This document shows, piece after piece, positions 47,405 through 55,096 of a stretch of 64,000 nt of DNA. The notes under the pieces were generated by a model. That model worked only from the letters and a program-made list of their open reading frames with translations. It did not search any database and had not been told where the DNA came from. The DNA is taken from contig CAWDSS010000010.1 of NCBI GenBank assembly GCA_963805065.1, positions 19,696 through 83,695 on the forward strand, written 5' to 3'. How positions within the stretch are numbered: the stretch's first letter is position 1; every line of letters begins with the position of its first letter. The position numbers and the translations under genes are program-made. Source of the DNA: Candidatus Omnitrophota bacterium (GTDB lineage: Bacteria; Omnitrophota; Gorgyraeia; Gygaellales; Profunditerraquicolaceae).

Positions 47405-48141
47405 TAAGCATTGCGCGATTCGTAATCGTTAACAATCTTGATAAATGCCTGCTCCAGAGTTTTTACATTCCACTCGTTTTTAATGTTATCCGGCGTGTCG
47501 CATTTAAGAGCCTGCCTTTATGGATCAATCCCACCCTGCGGCAGCGCTCTGCTTCATCCAGGTAAGACGTAGAATAAAGTATAGTGACTTTTTCTTTTAA
47601 AAGATCATAAAGTATTTTCCAGAAATCGCGGCGGGATACCGGATCAACTCCGTTTGTCGGCTCATCAAGAAATAAAACCTTGGGAGTGTGGATCAATGCG
47701 CAGGAAAGCCCTAATTTTTGCTTCATACCTCCGGATAATTTTCCCGCTAACCTTTGTTTAAAAGGCAGGAGCCCGGAAAAACCCAACAGCTTATCAATAA
47801 TTGCCTGCCTGTTTTCTTTTGGCACGCAGAAAACATCGGCGTAAAAATTGATATTCTCTAAAACCGTCAGCTCTTCATAAAGCCCGAAACGCTGCGACAT
47901 ATAGGCGATATTTTCCTTAAGGGGTTCGGATTCTTTGACGATATGTTTGCCATAAACCCAGCCCTCTCCTTCTGTAGGCTCAAGGATCCCGGTCAAGAAG
48001 CCGCATGGTCGTAGTCTTTCCAGCGCCATCCGGCCCCACAAGCCCGAATATCTCGCCTTCTTCAATTTCAAGATTAAGTTTATTAACTGCAGTATTATCC
48101 TGAAATTTCCTAGTCAGGCCGACTGCTTTTATAGTTATCAT
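47404..48141 (-). pseudogene. ABC transporter ATP-binding protein, frameshifted
   Basis: ATG at 48141 gives [13 protein letters not shown]...[14 protein letters not shown], then a shift near 48000 into ORF 47463-48071 (LSGGMKQK, LFLDEPT). A second shift at an A-run near 47500 precedes the true stop at 47404-47406. Confidence 0.75.
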
Positions 48142-48150
48142 TTAATGAAA

Positions 48151-48989
48151 TTATATTTGTATATACGCGTCTGCAGGCATGCCGGGTTTAAGGTCAAGGC
48201 TGGAATTATCCACCTTTACCTTTATTCTATAAACAAGCTTAACCCTCTCTTCTGTAGTCTGGATGGTTTTAGGAGTAAATTCTGCTTCGCTTGATATAAA
48301 AGAAACTCTTCCTTTATATTTCTTTCCGGGGTAGGTATCAGTAACTACGTCTGCTTCCTGATTTAGCTTTACCCTGCCTAAATCAGTTTCATTGATATAT
48401 GCGGTCACCCAGATATTATTTAAATCAATCACGGTAAATACAGGAGCGCCAACTTGCACCACTTCTCCAGGTAGAGCGCTTTTTACCAGGACATATCCGT
48501 TAAGCGGTGAAACCAGATTGGCAAACCCCAGCCTGGTTTTAGCTAACTCTAAAGACGCTGAGAGTGCATCTACATTTGCCTTATCCGCTATCTGCCTGCG
48601 TTTTGGCCGCATCTCTTTTTTGCATGGAGATAGCTCCTGCCTGGAAAAGATTTTCTGCACGTTCGTAATCCAAGTTTATCCAGCTCGTATTGTGACTCTG
48701 CGGCTTTAAGCGCAGCCTCGGCATTATCGCGAATCTTGGTTAATTCATCGGTGTTTAAATTTGCTACCGGGTCACCGATCTTTAATACCTTGCCTTCATC
48801 AGTAAAAAGCTCGAGGATTTGCCCTTGCACCCGGAAAGATATCCGCACGTCATCTCCCTCGATGTTACCTGAAACTTTAATACCCTTATGGTTATGATTA
48901 CGGTTTTGCCAAAATATGCCTGCTGCTACACCCACGCCAAAAATAAGCAAAACAATAATAATTGCTGCCGGTTTAATTTTTAGTTTCAT
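48151..48989 (-). pseudogene. HlyD/YbhG-type membrane fusion protein, frameshifted
   Basis: Track ORFs 48588-48989 and 48151-48660 are collinear halves. I traced two frame changes, near 48680 and 48600. Confidence 0.75.
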
Positions 48990-50508
48990 TCTTTGCCTCC
49001 TTTAAGAGACTTTCTCCTAGTGTCCGGCTAAGCTCTGCCTTAGCCATAAGGTAATCATAAATGCCTTCAGAAAGATTTTGCTCAACCTGGCCTAAAGATA
49101 CCTGCGAATCCAAAACGTCAAGGTTCTTGGCCTCGCCGTTATCATAACTGACATTGGCTATCCTTAATGCGTCTTTAGCCTCTACAACATTATCCTTTTG
49201 TGAATCAATTATTGTTTGCGCCTGTTTTAAATCAAGACAGGCTTGCTTGACATCTACGGCGATCTGATCCGACATATTATCCTTAGTAAGAATTGCTTCC
49301 CGGTAGCGCGCTTTAGCAGCATCTACTTTTGCCTTGGAGGCGAACCCATCGAATAGCGGGAAACTCAACGATAATCCAATGTTCCAATTACTATGCCTAT
49401 TATTAAAAATATTGCCTAAATAATTTGAGCGGAAATCATAGCCGAGGCTGGCATTGACCTGCGGCCGCCATCCGGCTTTGGCCATTTGTATGGACCATTT
49501 ACTGATATCTACGCCCAGGCCCTTTAAGATCATCTCCGGCTTATTAAGGTAAGCTGTCTTAACAAATTCTTCTTCTTTAATCTCTATCAGGCCGTAAGTC
49601 AGGTTTTTATCGCGTACCTTAAGAGAATACTGTTGGCTGTATCCTAAGAGCTTTTTTAACTCTGCCATAATCAGTTCTACGGCATTTTTTGCTTTCACCA
49701 ATTGCGGCATTAACAAGGCTACCTGGACTTTTGATTGAAGCAGGTCAAACCTGGAAGAAGTCCCCTGTTTAAACCTGTTATTTACATCTTCGTAATGATC
49801 CTGAGCATTATCCACTAACTCCTGGGCAATCCGCTCTGTCTCATAAGCAAGTAGTAGCCCGTAATAAAGGCGTTTTGCTTCAAATTCAACATCAAGTTTT
49901 TTGGCGCGTAGCGTCTCAACCTGCACATTCCGGATGAGTTTTGCCGAATTAAAATTGGCAATATTCGCTCCTCCGTTATAAAGGATCTGGTTGATATTTG
50001 CGCCCAGCGCATTATCATTTTTATATCCGGTAAATACGCCCATGTCCTTTTTCCCTTGCACTATAGCAGGAGCGACTGCGCCGTTATGCGTATAACCTGC
50101 GTTCACATTAACAGAAGGCAAAAACTCACTGCGCGCTCCCATTATGTCGGCGTCTGCAGCCAGCACTTCCTGCTCTTGTATCTGGATATCTTTATTATTC
50201 TTATAAGCAGTTTTTATGGCATCTTCGAGAGATAAAGTTACCTGCTTGTCGGTTTTCTCCTCCTGGCTATATGCGTGAGGCGGCAGCATGCCGGAACAAA
50301 ACAAAATCAAAACTGTTACTACCAGTAAATCATCCACTTTGACATTAAGGGAACTAGCTATTTTAGAAATCGTTTTTATGGTGGGATTGGGATTCCTGCC
50401 GGATTCAATCTTAACGATAGTGTTAAGGGCAAGGTTTGAAAGCTTGGAAAGCCGGTCCTGCGAAATTCCCCTCTTCTTGCGAAACTTCCTTAGATTTACG
50501 CTAATCAT
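48973..50508 (-). CDS. TolC-family outer membrane protein with in-frame N-terminal XRE-type HTH domain
   Basis: Residues 1 to about 62 (LRKFRKKRGISQDRLSKLSNLALNTIVKIESGRNPNPTIKTISKIASSLNVKVDDLL) form a complete Cro/C1 HTH. They run directly into a signal-peptide-like h-region (VVTVLILFCSGMLPPHAYS) and TolC repeats. Confidence 0.7.
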   Translation of the reverse strand: MISVNLRKFRKKRGISQDRLSKLSNLALNTIVKIESGRNPNPTIKTISKIASSLNVKVDDLLVVTVLILFCSGMLPPHAYSQEEKTDKQVTLSLEDAIKTAYKNNKDIQIQEQEVLAADADIMGARSEFLPSVNVNAGYTHNGAVAPAIVQGKKDMGVFTGYKNDNALGANINQILYNGGANIANFNSAKLIRNVQVETLRAKKLDVEFEAKRLYYGLLLAYETERIAQELVDNAQDHYEDVNNRFKQGTSSRFDLLQSKVQVALLMPQLVKAKNAVELIMAELKKLLGYSQQYSLKVRDKNLTYGLIEIKEEEFVKTAYLNKPEMILKGLGVDISKWSIQMAKAGWRPQVNASLGYDFRSNYLGNIFNNRHSNWNIGLSLSFPLFDGFASKAKVDAAKARYREAILTKDNMSDQIAVDVKQACLDLKQAQTIIDSQKDNVVEAKDALRIANVSYDNGEAKNLDVLDSQVSLGQVEQNLSEGIYDYLMAKAELSRTLGESLLKEAKNETKN

Positions 50509-50517
50509 GGTATATAC

Positions 50518-50583
50518 TATTATAATACTACTATTTTAATTATCTTATTATAATACTTGTTTTATAATTCTACTATTATAATA
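50518..50583. promoter_or_regulatory. three copies of the 10-bp palindrome TATTATAATA at exact 28-bp spacing
   Basis: Copies at 50518-50527, 50546-50555 and 50574-50583. The third extends to the 16-bp palindrome TACTATTATAATAGTA. The first lies 10 nt upstream of the XRE-TolC ATG. Confidence 0.5.
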
Positions 50584-50605
50584 GTATTTTCTCCCCAAAT
50601 GTCAA

Positions 50606-50653
50606 GGAAAAAATAAAAAAGGCTATGATTACCTCAAACAATCAATAGCCTTT
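50606..50653 (-). terminator. rho-independent terminator after the desulforedoxin ORF
   Basis: On the minus strand AAGGCTATTGATT...AATCATAGCCTT is followed by TTTTTTATTTTTT. Confidence 0.6.
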
Positions 50654-50680
50654 GATTAACTTACTGAAATTTAGCTCTTC

Positions 50681-50791
50681 TTATTCTTCGAGCTTTTCCA
50701 TGGGTTGATTACAGCAGACTAACTCTCCTCCCCCTACTTTTGTTACTGTTACCTCATTGCCGCAAACATTGCACCTGTATTTTTCTCCCAC
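50681..50791 (-). CDS. desulforedoxin (36 aa), below the track threshold
   Basis: Hand translation from GTG: VGEKYRCNVCGNEVTVTKVGGGELVCCNQPMEKLEE. CxxC-x15-CC with the same spacing and length as classical desulforedoxin. The start codon is uncertain. Confidence 0.55.
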   Translation of the reverse strand: MGEKYRCNVCGNEVTVTKVGGGELVCCNQPMEKLEE

Positions 50792-50822
50792 TTCTTTAAC
50801 TGCCGTGTAACCTCCTTTTGTC

Positions 50823-50917
50823 TACGAAGACAACACCCACGCAAATCCGATAAGCGTGGGGTGTCTGCCTATGAAGACAACACCCGCGCAATACAGATAA
50901 GCGCGGGGTGCCTATCC
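50823..50917. repeat. two tandem family B hairpin units (about 47 bp each)
   Basis: Unit 1: GAAGACAACACCCACGCAAATCCGATAAGCGTGGGGTG. Unit 2: GAAGACAACACCCGCGCAATACAGATAAGCGCGGGGTG. Located between rubrerythrin and desulforedoxin. Confidence 0.6.
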
Positions 50918-50943
50918 CCAATGAATAACTATTTTACATGTAG

Positions 50944-51522
50944 TTAATAATTTTCTGCCAGCACTTCGTAAAATGCTTGCGGATGTTTACAGGCAGGGCA
51001 CTCTTTTGGCGCATCCGGCCCTTCAAAAACATAACCGCAGTTGATACAATGCCACTTCACGCTTACCTTCTTCTTGAATACATCGCCATTTAGCAAATTG
51101 TTAATCAGCTTTCTGTATCTTGACTCATGAAATTTTTCCACCTTGGATATCTGCTCGAAGGATCGCGCCACTTCAGGGAAACCTTCGTCTCTGGCGATTT
51201 TGCCAAAATCCGAGTAAAGAACAGTCCATTCCAAATTCTCTCCTGCAGCAGCAGCCTCTAAATTACTCTTGCTATCCTTAATCATGCCTGCCGGATAACT
51301 GGCGGTAATCTCAGTGTCTCCGCCCTCTAAGTATTTAAAGAATACCTTGGCGTGTTCCTTCTCATTCTCAGCAGTCTCCATAAAGATGTTAGCTATTTGT
51401 TCATAGCCTTCTTTCCTGGCTGCTGAAGCAAAATAGGTGTACTTGTTTCTTGCCTGTGATTCTCCGGCAAAAGCAGCTAATAGATTTTTTTCTGTTTTTG
51501 TGCCTTTAATTGATTTACCCAT
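50944..51522 (-). CDS. rbr: rubrerythrin
   Basis: GTKTEKNLLAAFAGESQARNKYTYFA and EKEHAK diiron motifs. C-terminal rubredoxin-like CINCGY...CPACKHP. I prefer the ATG at 51522, preceded by GGAGGTCG. Confidence 0.9.
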   Translation of the reverse strand: MGKSIKGTKTEKNLLAAFAGESQARNKYTYFASAARKEGYEQIANIFMETAENEKEHAKVFFKYLEGGDTEITASYPAGMIKDSKSNLEAAAAGENLEWTVLYSDFGKIARDEGFPEVARSFEQISKVEKFHESRYRKLINNLLNGDVFKKKVSVKWHCINCGYVFEGPDAPKECPACKHPQAFYEVLAENY

Positions 51523-51593
51523 TTTTACGACCTCCTTACAAGTAATACTTGCGTTATATACAGGTATCAATTATAACCGGAATGCGTGGATTA

Positions 51594-52646
51594 TCAATAA
51601 AAATACCGTTTCTTAAAATTCAGCGCTACATTAACAAGTCCAATAAGAACCGGAACCTCAACCAATGGACCAATCACAGCAGCAAACGCGGCACCGGAGC
51701 TTATGCCGAATACAGAAACCGCCACTGCAATAGCCAGCTCGAAATTGTTGCTGGCAGCAGTAAAGGAAAGCGTTGCTGTCTTGGCATAGCCGGCGTTAAA
51801 CTTTCTTCCCATGTAAAAAGAGACTAAAAACATCAGCACAAAATAAATCAGAAGCGGCACGGCAATTCTCACAACGTCCGCCGGTATCTTTATAATGTAT
51901 TCTCCTTTTAAAGAAAACATCACGATAATTGTAAACAAAAGTGATATCAGCGTAATGGGACTAATCACGGGAATGAATTTATTTTCATACCATTGCCTGC
52001 TTTTTATCTTAAGCAGCGTAAACCTGGTTATAATTCCGGCTAAAAACGGTATGCCAAGATAAATGAACACGCTCTTGGCAATTTGTGCAATAGTTACGTT
52101 TACCGCCACTCCCCTGAGGCCAAACCACACAGGTAAAATCGTAATAAAAATCCAGGCATACACCGAATAAAACAGGACCTGAAAAATAGAATTGAAGGCA
52201 ACCAGGCCTGCGCAATATTCTGTATCCCCTCCTGCCAGCTCATTCCAGACAATAACCATGGCAATGCAGCGGGCAAGGCCAATCATAATCAGGCCAACCA
52301 TATATTCCGGATAACCCCTTAAGAAAGTAATCGCCAGAAAAAACATCAGTATCGGGCCGATGACCCAGTTTTGCACAAGCGATAACAAAAGCACTTTCTT
52401 ATTATGGAAAACATCGCCCAGCTCTTCGTATTTCACCTTTGCCAGGGGTGGATACATCATTAAAATAAGCCCGATTGCAATGGGGATATTGGTAGTGCCG
52501 ACTTGAAACTTATTCCAAAAGTTTACTATCTGTGGGTAAAGATATCCCGAACAAACACCGATTCCCATAGCAAGAAAAATCCACAGCGTCAAGAACCTGT
52601 CCAGAAACGACAACCTCCGCGTAGCTTTGTTTTCCATATCAGCCAT
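51594..52646 (-). CDS. acr3: ACR3-family arsenite efflux transporter
   Basis: [22 protein letters not shown]-terminus and about 10 TMs, typical of ACR3. Confidence 0.9.
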   Translation of the reverse strand: MADMENKATRRLSFLDRFLTLWIFLAMGIGVCSGYLYPQIVNFWNKFQVGTTNIPIAIGLILMMYPPLAKVKYEELGDVFHNKKVLLLSLVQNWVIGPILMFFLAITFLRGYPEYMVGLIMIGLARCIAMVIVWNELAGGDTEYCAGLVAFNSIFQVLFYSVYAWIFITILPVWFGLRGVAVNVTIAQIAKSVFIYLGIPFLAGIITRFTLLKIKSRQWYENKFIPVISPITLISLLFTIIVMFSLKGEYIIKIPADVVRIAVPLLIYFVLMFLVSFYMGRKFNAGYAKTATLSFTAASNNFELAIAVAVSVFGISSGAAFAAVIGPLVEVPVLIGLVNVALNFKKRYFY

Positions 52647-52754
52647 CTCGTTTTTTATGTTCCAACTCTCTCCTCTTTTTCTAATTATACCACTTCCTTA
52701 TTAAAACGGTAGAAATTAGAAGAATACTATGCGCAACGAGTGGAGAGATCTACA

Positions 52755-52795
52755 CGAAAAAACTAACAGCCACTTTACGAAATAAAGTGGCTGTT
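52755..52795 (-). terminator. rho-independent terminator after glnK
   Basis: 13-bp arms AACAGCCACTTTA and TAAAGTGGCTGTT. The minus strand continues AGTTTTTTCG. Confidence 0.65.
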
Positions 52796-52828
52796 TTCAT
52801 GTTCCTTAGTAGACAACTTGTTGCCTTA

Positions 52829-53170
52829 TTATCCTATTGCAACTGATCCGCGTTCTTCCGTACGGATACGCACACACTCCTTTAAATCTAAAACAAAGAT
52901 TTTTCCGTCTCCGGTCTCTCCTGTCTTTGCTCCTTTTATGATCGCTTGTATTGTGGGCTCAAGAAAATTATCATTAACCGCAATTTCCAGCCTCATCTTC
53001 CTCAAAAGGTTACCCGTCTCTTTCGCTCCGCGATAAAATTCGGTTATGCCTTTTTGTCGGCCATGCCCTAATACTTCGCTTACTGTAATCAGATTTACCT
53101 GAGCTTTATATAACTCTTCTTTCACCGCTTCTAACCGGTGAGGTTGAATAATCGCAATGACTAGTTTCAT
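52829..53170 (-). CDS. glnK: P-II nitrogen regulatory protein
   Basis: [20 protein letters not shown]...GHGRQKG...GDGKIFV. I prefer the ATG at 53170, preceded by GGAGGG. Confidence 0.9.
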   Translation of the reverse strand: MKLVIAIIQPHRLEAVKEELYKAQVNLITVSEVLGHGRQKGITEFYRGAKETGNLLRKMRLEIAVNDNFLEPTIQAIIKGAKTGETGDGKIFVLDLKECVRIRTEERGSVAIG

Positions 53171-53195
53171 GAATCCCTCCTTGCCCATAAGGGCA

Positions 53196-53270
53196 CACCC
53201 GCGCAATACTTCCCGCAAGGGAACACTGGCGCAATACCAATAAGCGCCAGGTGCATATAAGCGCGGGGTG
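53196..53270. repeat. nested family B hairpins (one unit inserted in the loop of another)
   Basis: Outer arms CACCCGCGC (53196-53204) and GCGCGGGGTG (53261-53270). Inner unit CACTGGCGCAATACCAATAAGCGCCAGGTG (53224-53253), preceded by the mini-hairpin TTCCCGCAAGGGAA. Confidence 0.6.
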
Positions 53271-54497
53271 TTATTCTAATAAGGTATAGGCGCTTTCGCG
53301 ATGCTGTGTCAGGTCAAGCCCCATAACTTCTTCCCTTTCTTTTACGCGTATGCCAAAGAAAACATCCACCAATTTATATATAACAAATGTTACGGTAAAA
53401 GTATAGACCACAGCAACTAAAACACCGGTCAGCTGAATCAGGAGTTGCTTAGGATTACCGGAAAATAACCCGTTTGCGCCTGCGGCATTAATCGCCTTGG
53501 AAGCAAACAAGCCGGTGGCAAGCGTACCCAGGATCCCGCCTATACCATGCACTCCGAAAGCATCCAATGAATCATCATAACCGAATTTCGGTTTAATCAC
53601 AGCAATTCCGATAAAGCATATAATACTGGCCGATATCCCGATTATTACAGCCGACCCCACGCTTACAAACCCCGATGCGGGAGTAACTGTTGCCAGGCCA
53701 GCAATGGAACCGGTAACAATACCAAATACCGTGGGCCTGCCGTTACGCACCCATTCCAGTAATGCCCAGCTTAAACCTGCTGCTGCAGCCGCAGTATTCG
53801 TTACAATAAAGGCATTCACTGCCACATTATTTACCGCCAGAGCACTTCCTGCATTAAAACCAAACCAACCAAACCAAAGCAATCCTGTGCCTAATACTAC
53901 AAAAGGCAAGTTGTGAGGCGAGGGCGTATGATTTAAACCCTTACGCCTGCCAATAATCAAAGTTGTTGCTAAAGCTGCTATGCCCGCGCTGGTATGCACC
54001 ACAATACCGCCGGCAAAATCAAGCACTCCCATTTGCCTTAACCATCCGCCGCTTCCCCATACCCAGTGGCAGAGGGGGTCATAAACAAACGTAGTCCAAA
54101 GCAAGGCAAATATTAAAAATGCCGAAAATTTCATCCTCTCTGCAAAAGCTCCGATAATAAGCGCGGGCGTAATCACTGCAAACATCATTTGGAAAAACAT
54201 AAAAGCCTGGTTAGGTATGGTTGCAGAATAGTCTGCAAAAGGCTCAAATCCCACGCCATGAAGCCCAAGCCAGCCCCAACCTCCCCAAAAGCCGCTTCCG
54301 GGAGCGAAAGAAAGACTATACCCAAAAAATATCCACTGCAGGCTTACTAAACACAACACCACAATACATTGCATAAGCACACTTAAAATATTTTTCCTTC
54401 TCACCATACCCCCGTAAAAAAATGCCAGGCCCGGGGTCATCAGCATAACAAGCACAGCAGAGAATAGCACAAAAACCGTGTCAACTGGATTTACCAT
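53271..54497 (-). CDS. amtB: ammonium transporter
   Basis: Classic Amt sequence ([36 protein letters not shown]). 408 aa. Confidence 0.95.
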   Translation of the reverse strand: MVNPVDTVFVLFSAVLVMLMTPGLAFFYGGMVRRKNILSVLMQCIVVLCLVSLQWIFFGYSLSFAPGSGFWGGWGWLGLHGVGFEPFADYSATIPNQAFMFFQMMFAVITPALIIGAFAERMKFSAFLIFALLWTTFVYDPLCHWVWGSGGWLRQMGVLDFAGGIVVHTSAGIAALATTLIIGRRKGLNHTPSPHNLPFVVLGTGLLWFGWFGFNAGSALAVNNVAVNAFIVTNTAAAAAGLSWALLEWVRNGRPTVFGIVTGSIAGLATVTPASGFVSVGSAVIIGISASIICFIGIAVIKPKFGYDDSLDAFGVHGIGGILGTLATGLFASKAINAAGANGLFSGNPKQLLIQLTGVLVAVVYTFTVTFVIYKLVDVFFGIRVKEREEVMGLDLTQHRESAYTLLE

Positions 54498-54516
54498 CGT
54501 ATCTCTCCCTTCTCTT

Positions 54517-54567
54517 TAAAATAAAAAGCGTTCACTACGCCCATTCCTTCCGGACGTCTTGAACGCT
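54517..54567 (-). promoter_or_regulatory. terminator-like hairpin in the amt 5' leader (possible attenuator)
   Basis: On the minus strand AGCGUUCA-AG-ACGUCC-GGAAGGAAU-GGGCGU-AG-UGAACGCU is followed by UUUUUAUUUU, ending about 20 nt before the ATG. One U-G pair works only on the minus-strand RNA. Confidence 0.45.
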
Positions 54568-54645
54568 TACTTTGCGCTCACTTCCTGATAGGCACTACTA
54601 TGTACCTATCCTTTTTTCTTATTTACACAACTGATTATACAATTG

Positions 54646-54674
54646 ATTATATAATTGATAAAAAAATATTGCAA
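54646..54674 (-). promoter_or_regulatory. sigma70-like promoter for amt-glnK
   Basis: On the minus strand: TTGCAA (54674-54669), 17 nt, TATAAT (54651-54646). A second TATAAT lies 12 nt downstream within a 12-bp tandem repeat. Confidence 0.45.
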
Positions 54675-54694
54675 CAACTTTTTTTGCACGGCTA

Positions 54695-54818
54695 CAAACA
54701 AAAAACCTCCGCCTTTTCAAGCGAAGGTTTTAATTATTTTAACGTGGCAGTTCCCCCTTCGAAACATACCACACCGAATTATTGTCTATTTTATACATTA
54801 TATTCAATCCATTGTCAA
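54695..54818 (-). ncRNA. candidate small RNA: orphan promoter plus an approximately 85-nt transcript plus a strong terminator
   Basis: On the minus strand: TTGACA (54818-54813), 17 nt, TATAAA (54795-54790). The family C hairpin (54703-54730) is followed by TTTTTTGTTTG. No convincing ORF, only a 16-codon one. Confidence 0.3.
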
Positions 54819-54865
54819 GGATATTCTACTGCTAATTGGTGGGTTATTCAACTATAAATTCTCAC

Positions 54866-55096
54866 TAGCGGGTGACGAGGCGCGTTCCGAGCGGCACATA
54901 AGGAAGCCGAAGCGGGCATGGTTTGCCTCGTTAGAAAAGTATCCAAGAGCGAAGGCTTCCGCTTGAGCGAAGATTTTCCACGCTGGGGAAAATCGAGCGA
55001 TGACGCGAGGAACGTGCCTCGGCAGGACCCGCTACCTAGCAAAACGAGCGTTCTCGCGAAAAACACCCCAAGACAGGACCCACTACTGCTATTGTG
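54866..55096 (+). other. GC-rich structured island (candidate ncRNA or element remnant) with a 51-bp tandem duplication
   Basis: Long-range helices 54866-54872/55028-55034 and 54876-54888/55009-55021, the latter with one G-U pair valid only on the + strand. Inner hairpins at 54902-54960 and 54972-54994. Units 54995-55045 and 55046-55096 are about 70% identical. Confidence 0.3.

Noticed and set aside
50823-50917. The tandem hairpin units as a mini CRISPR array.
   Set aside because: Only two units are present and they abut each other with no unique spacers. Copies occur singly or nested elsewhere, and there are no cas genes in the window.
54527-54567. Calling the amt leader hairpin a glutamine riboswitch.
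   Set aside because: Only short words (CGUUCA, GGAAG, GAACG) resemble the glnA RNA consensus. The fold I see is a simple extended hairpin plus U-run, not the three-stem architecture. It is reported as an attenuator candidate pending cmsearch.
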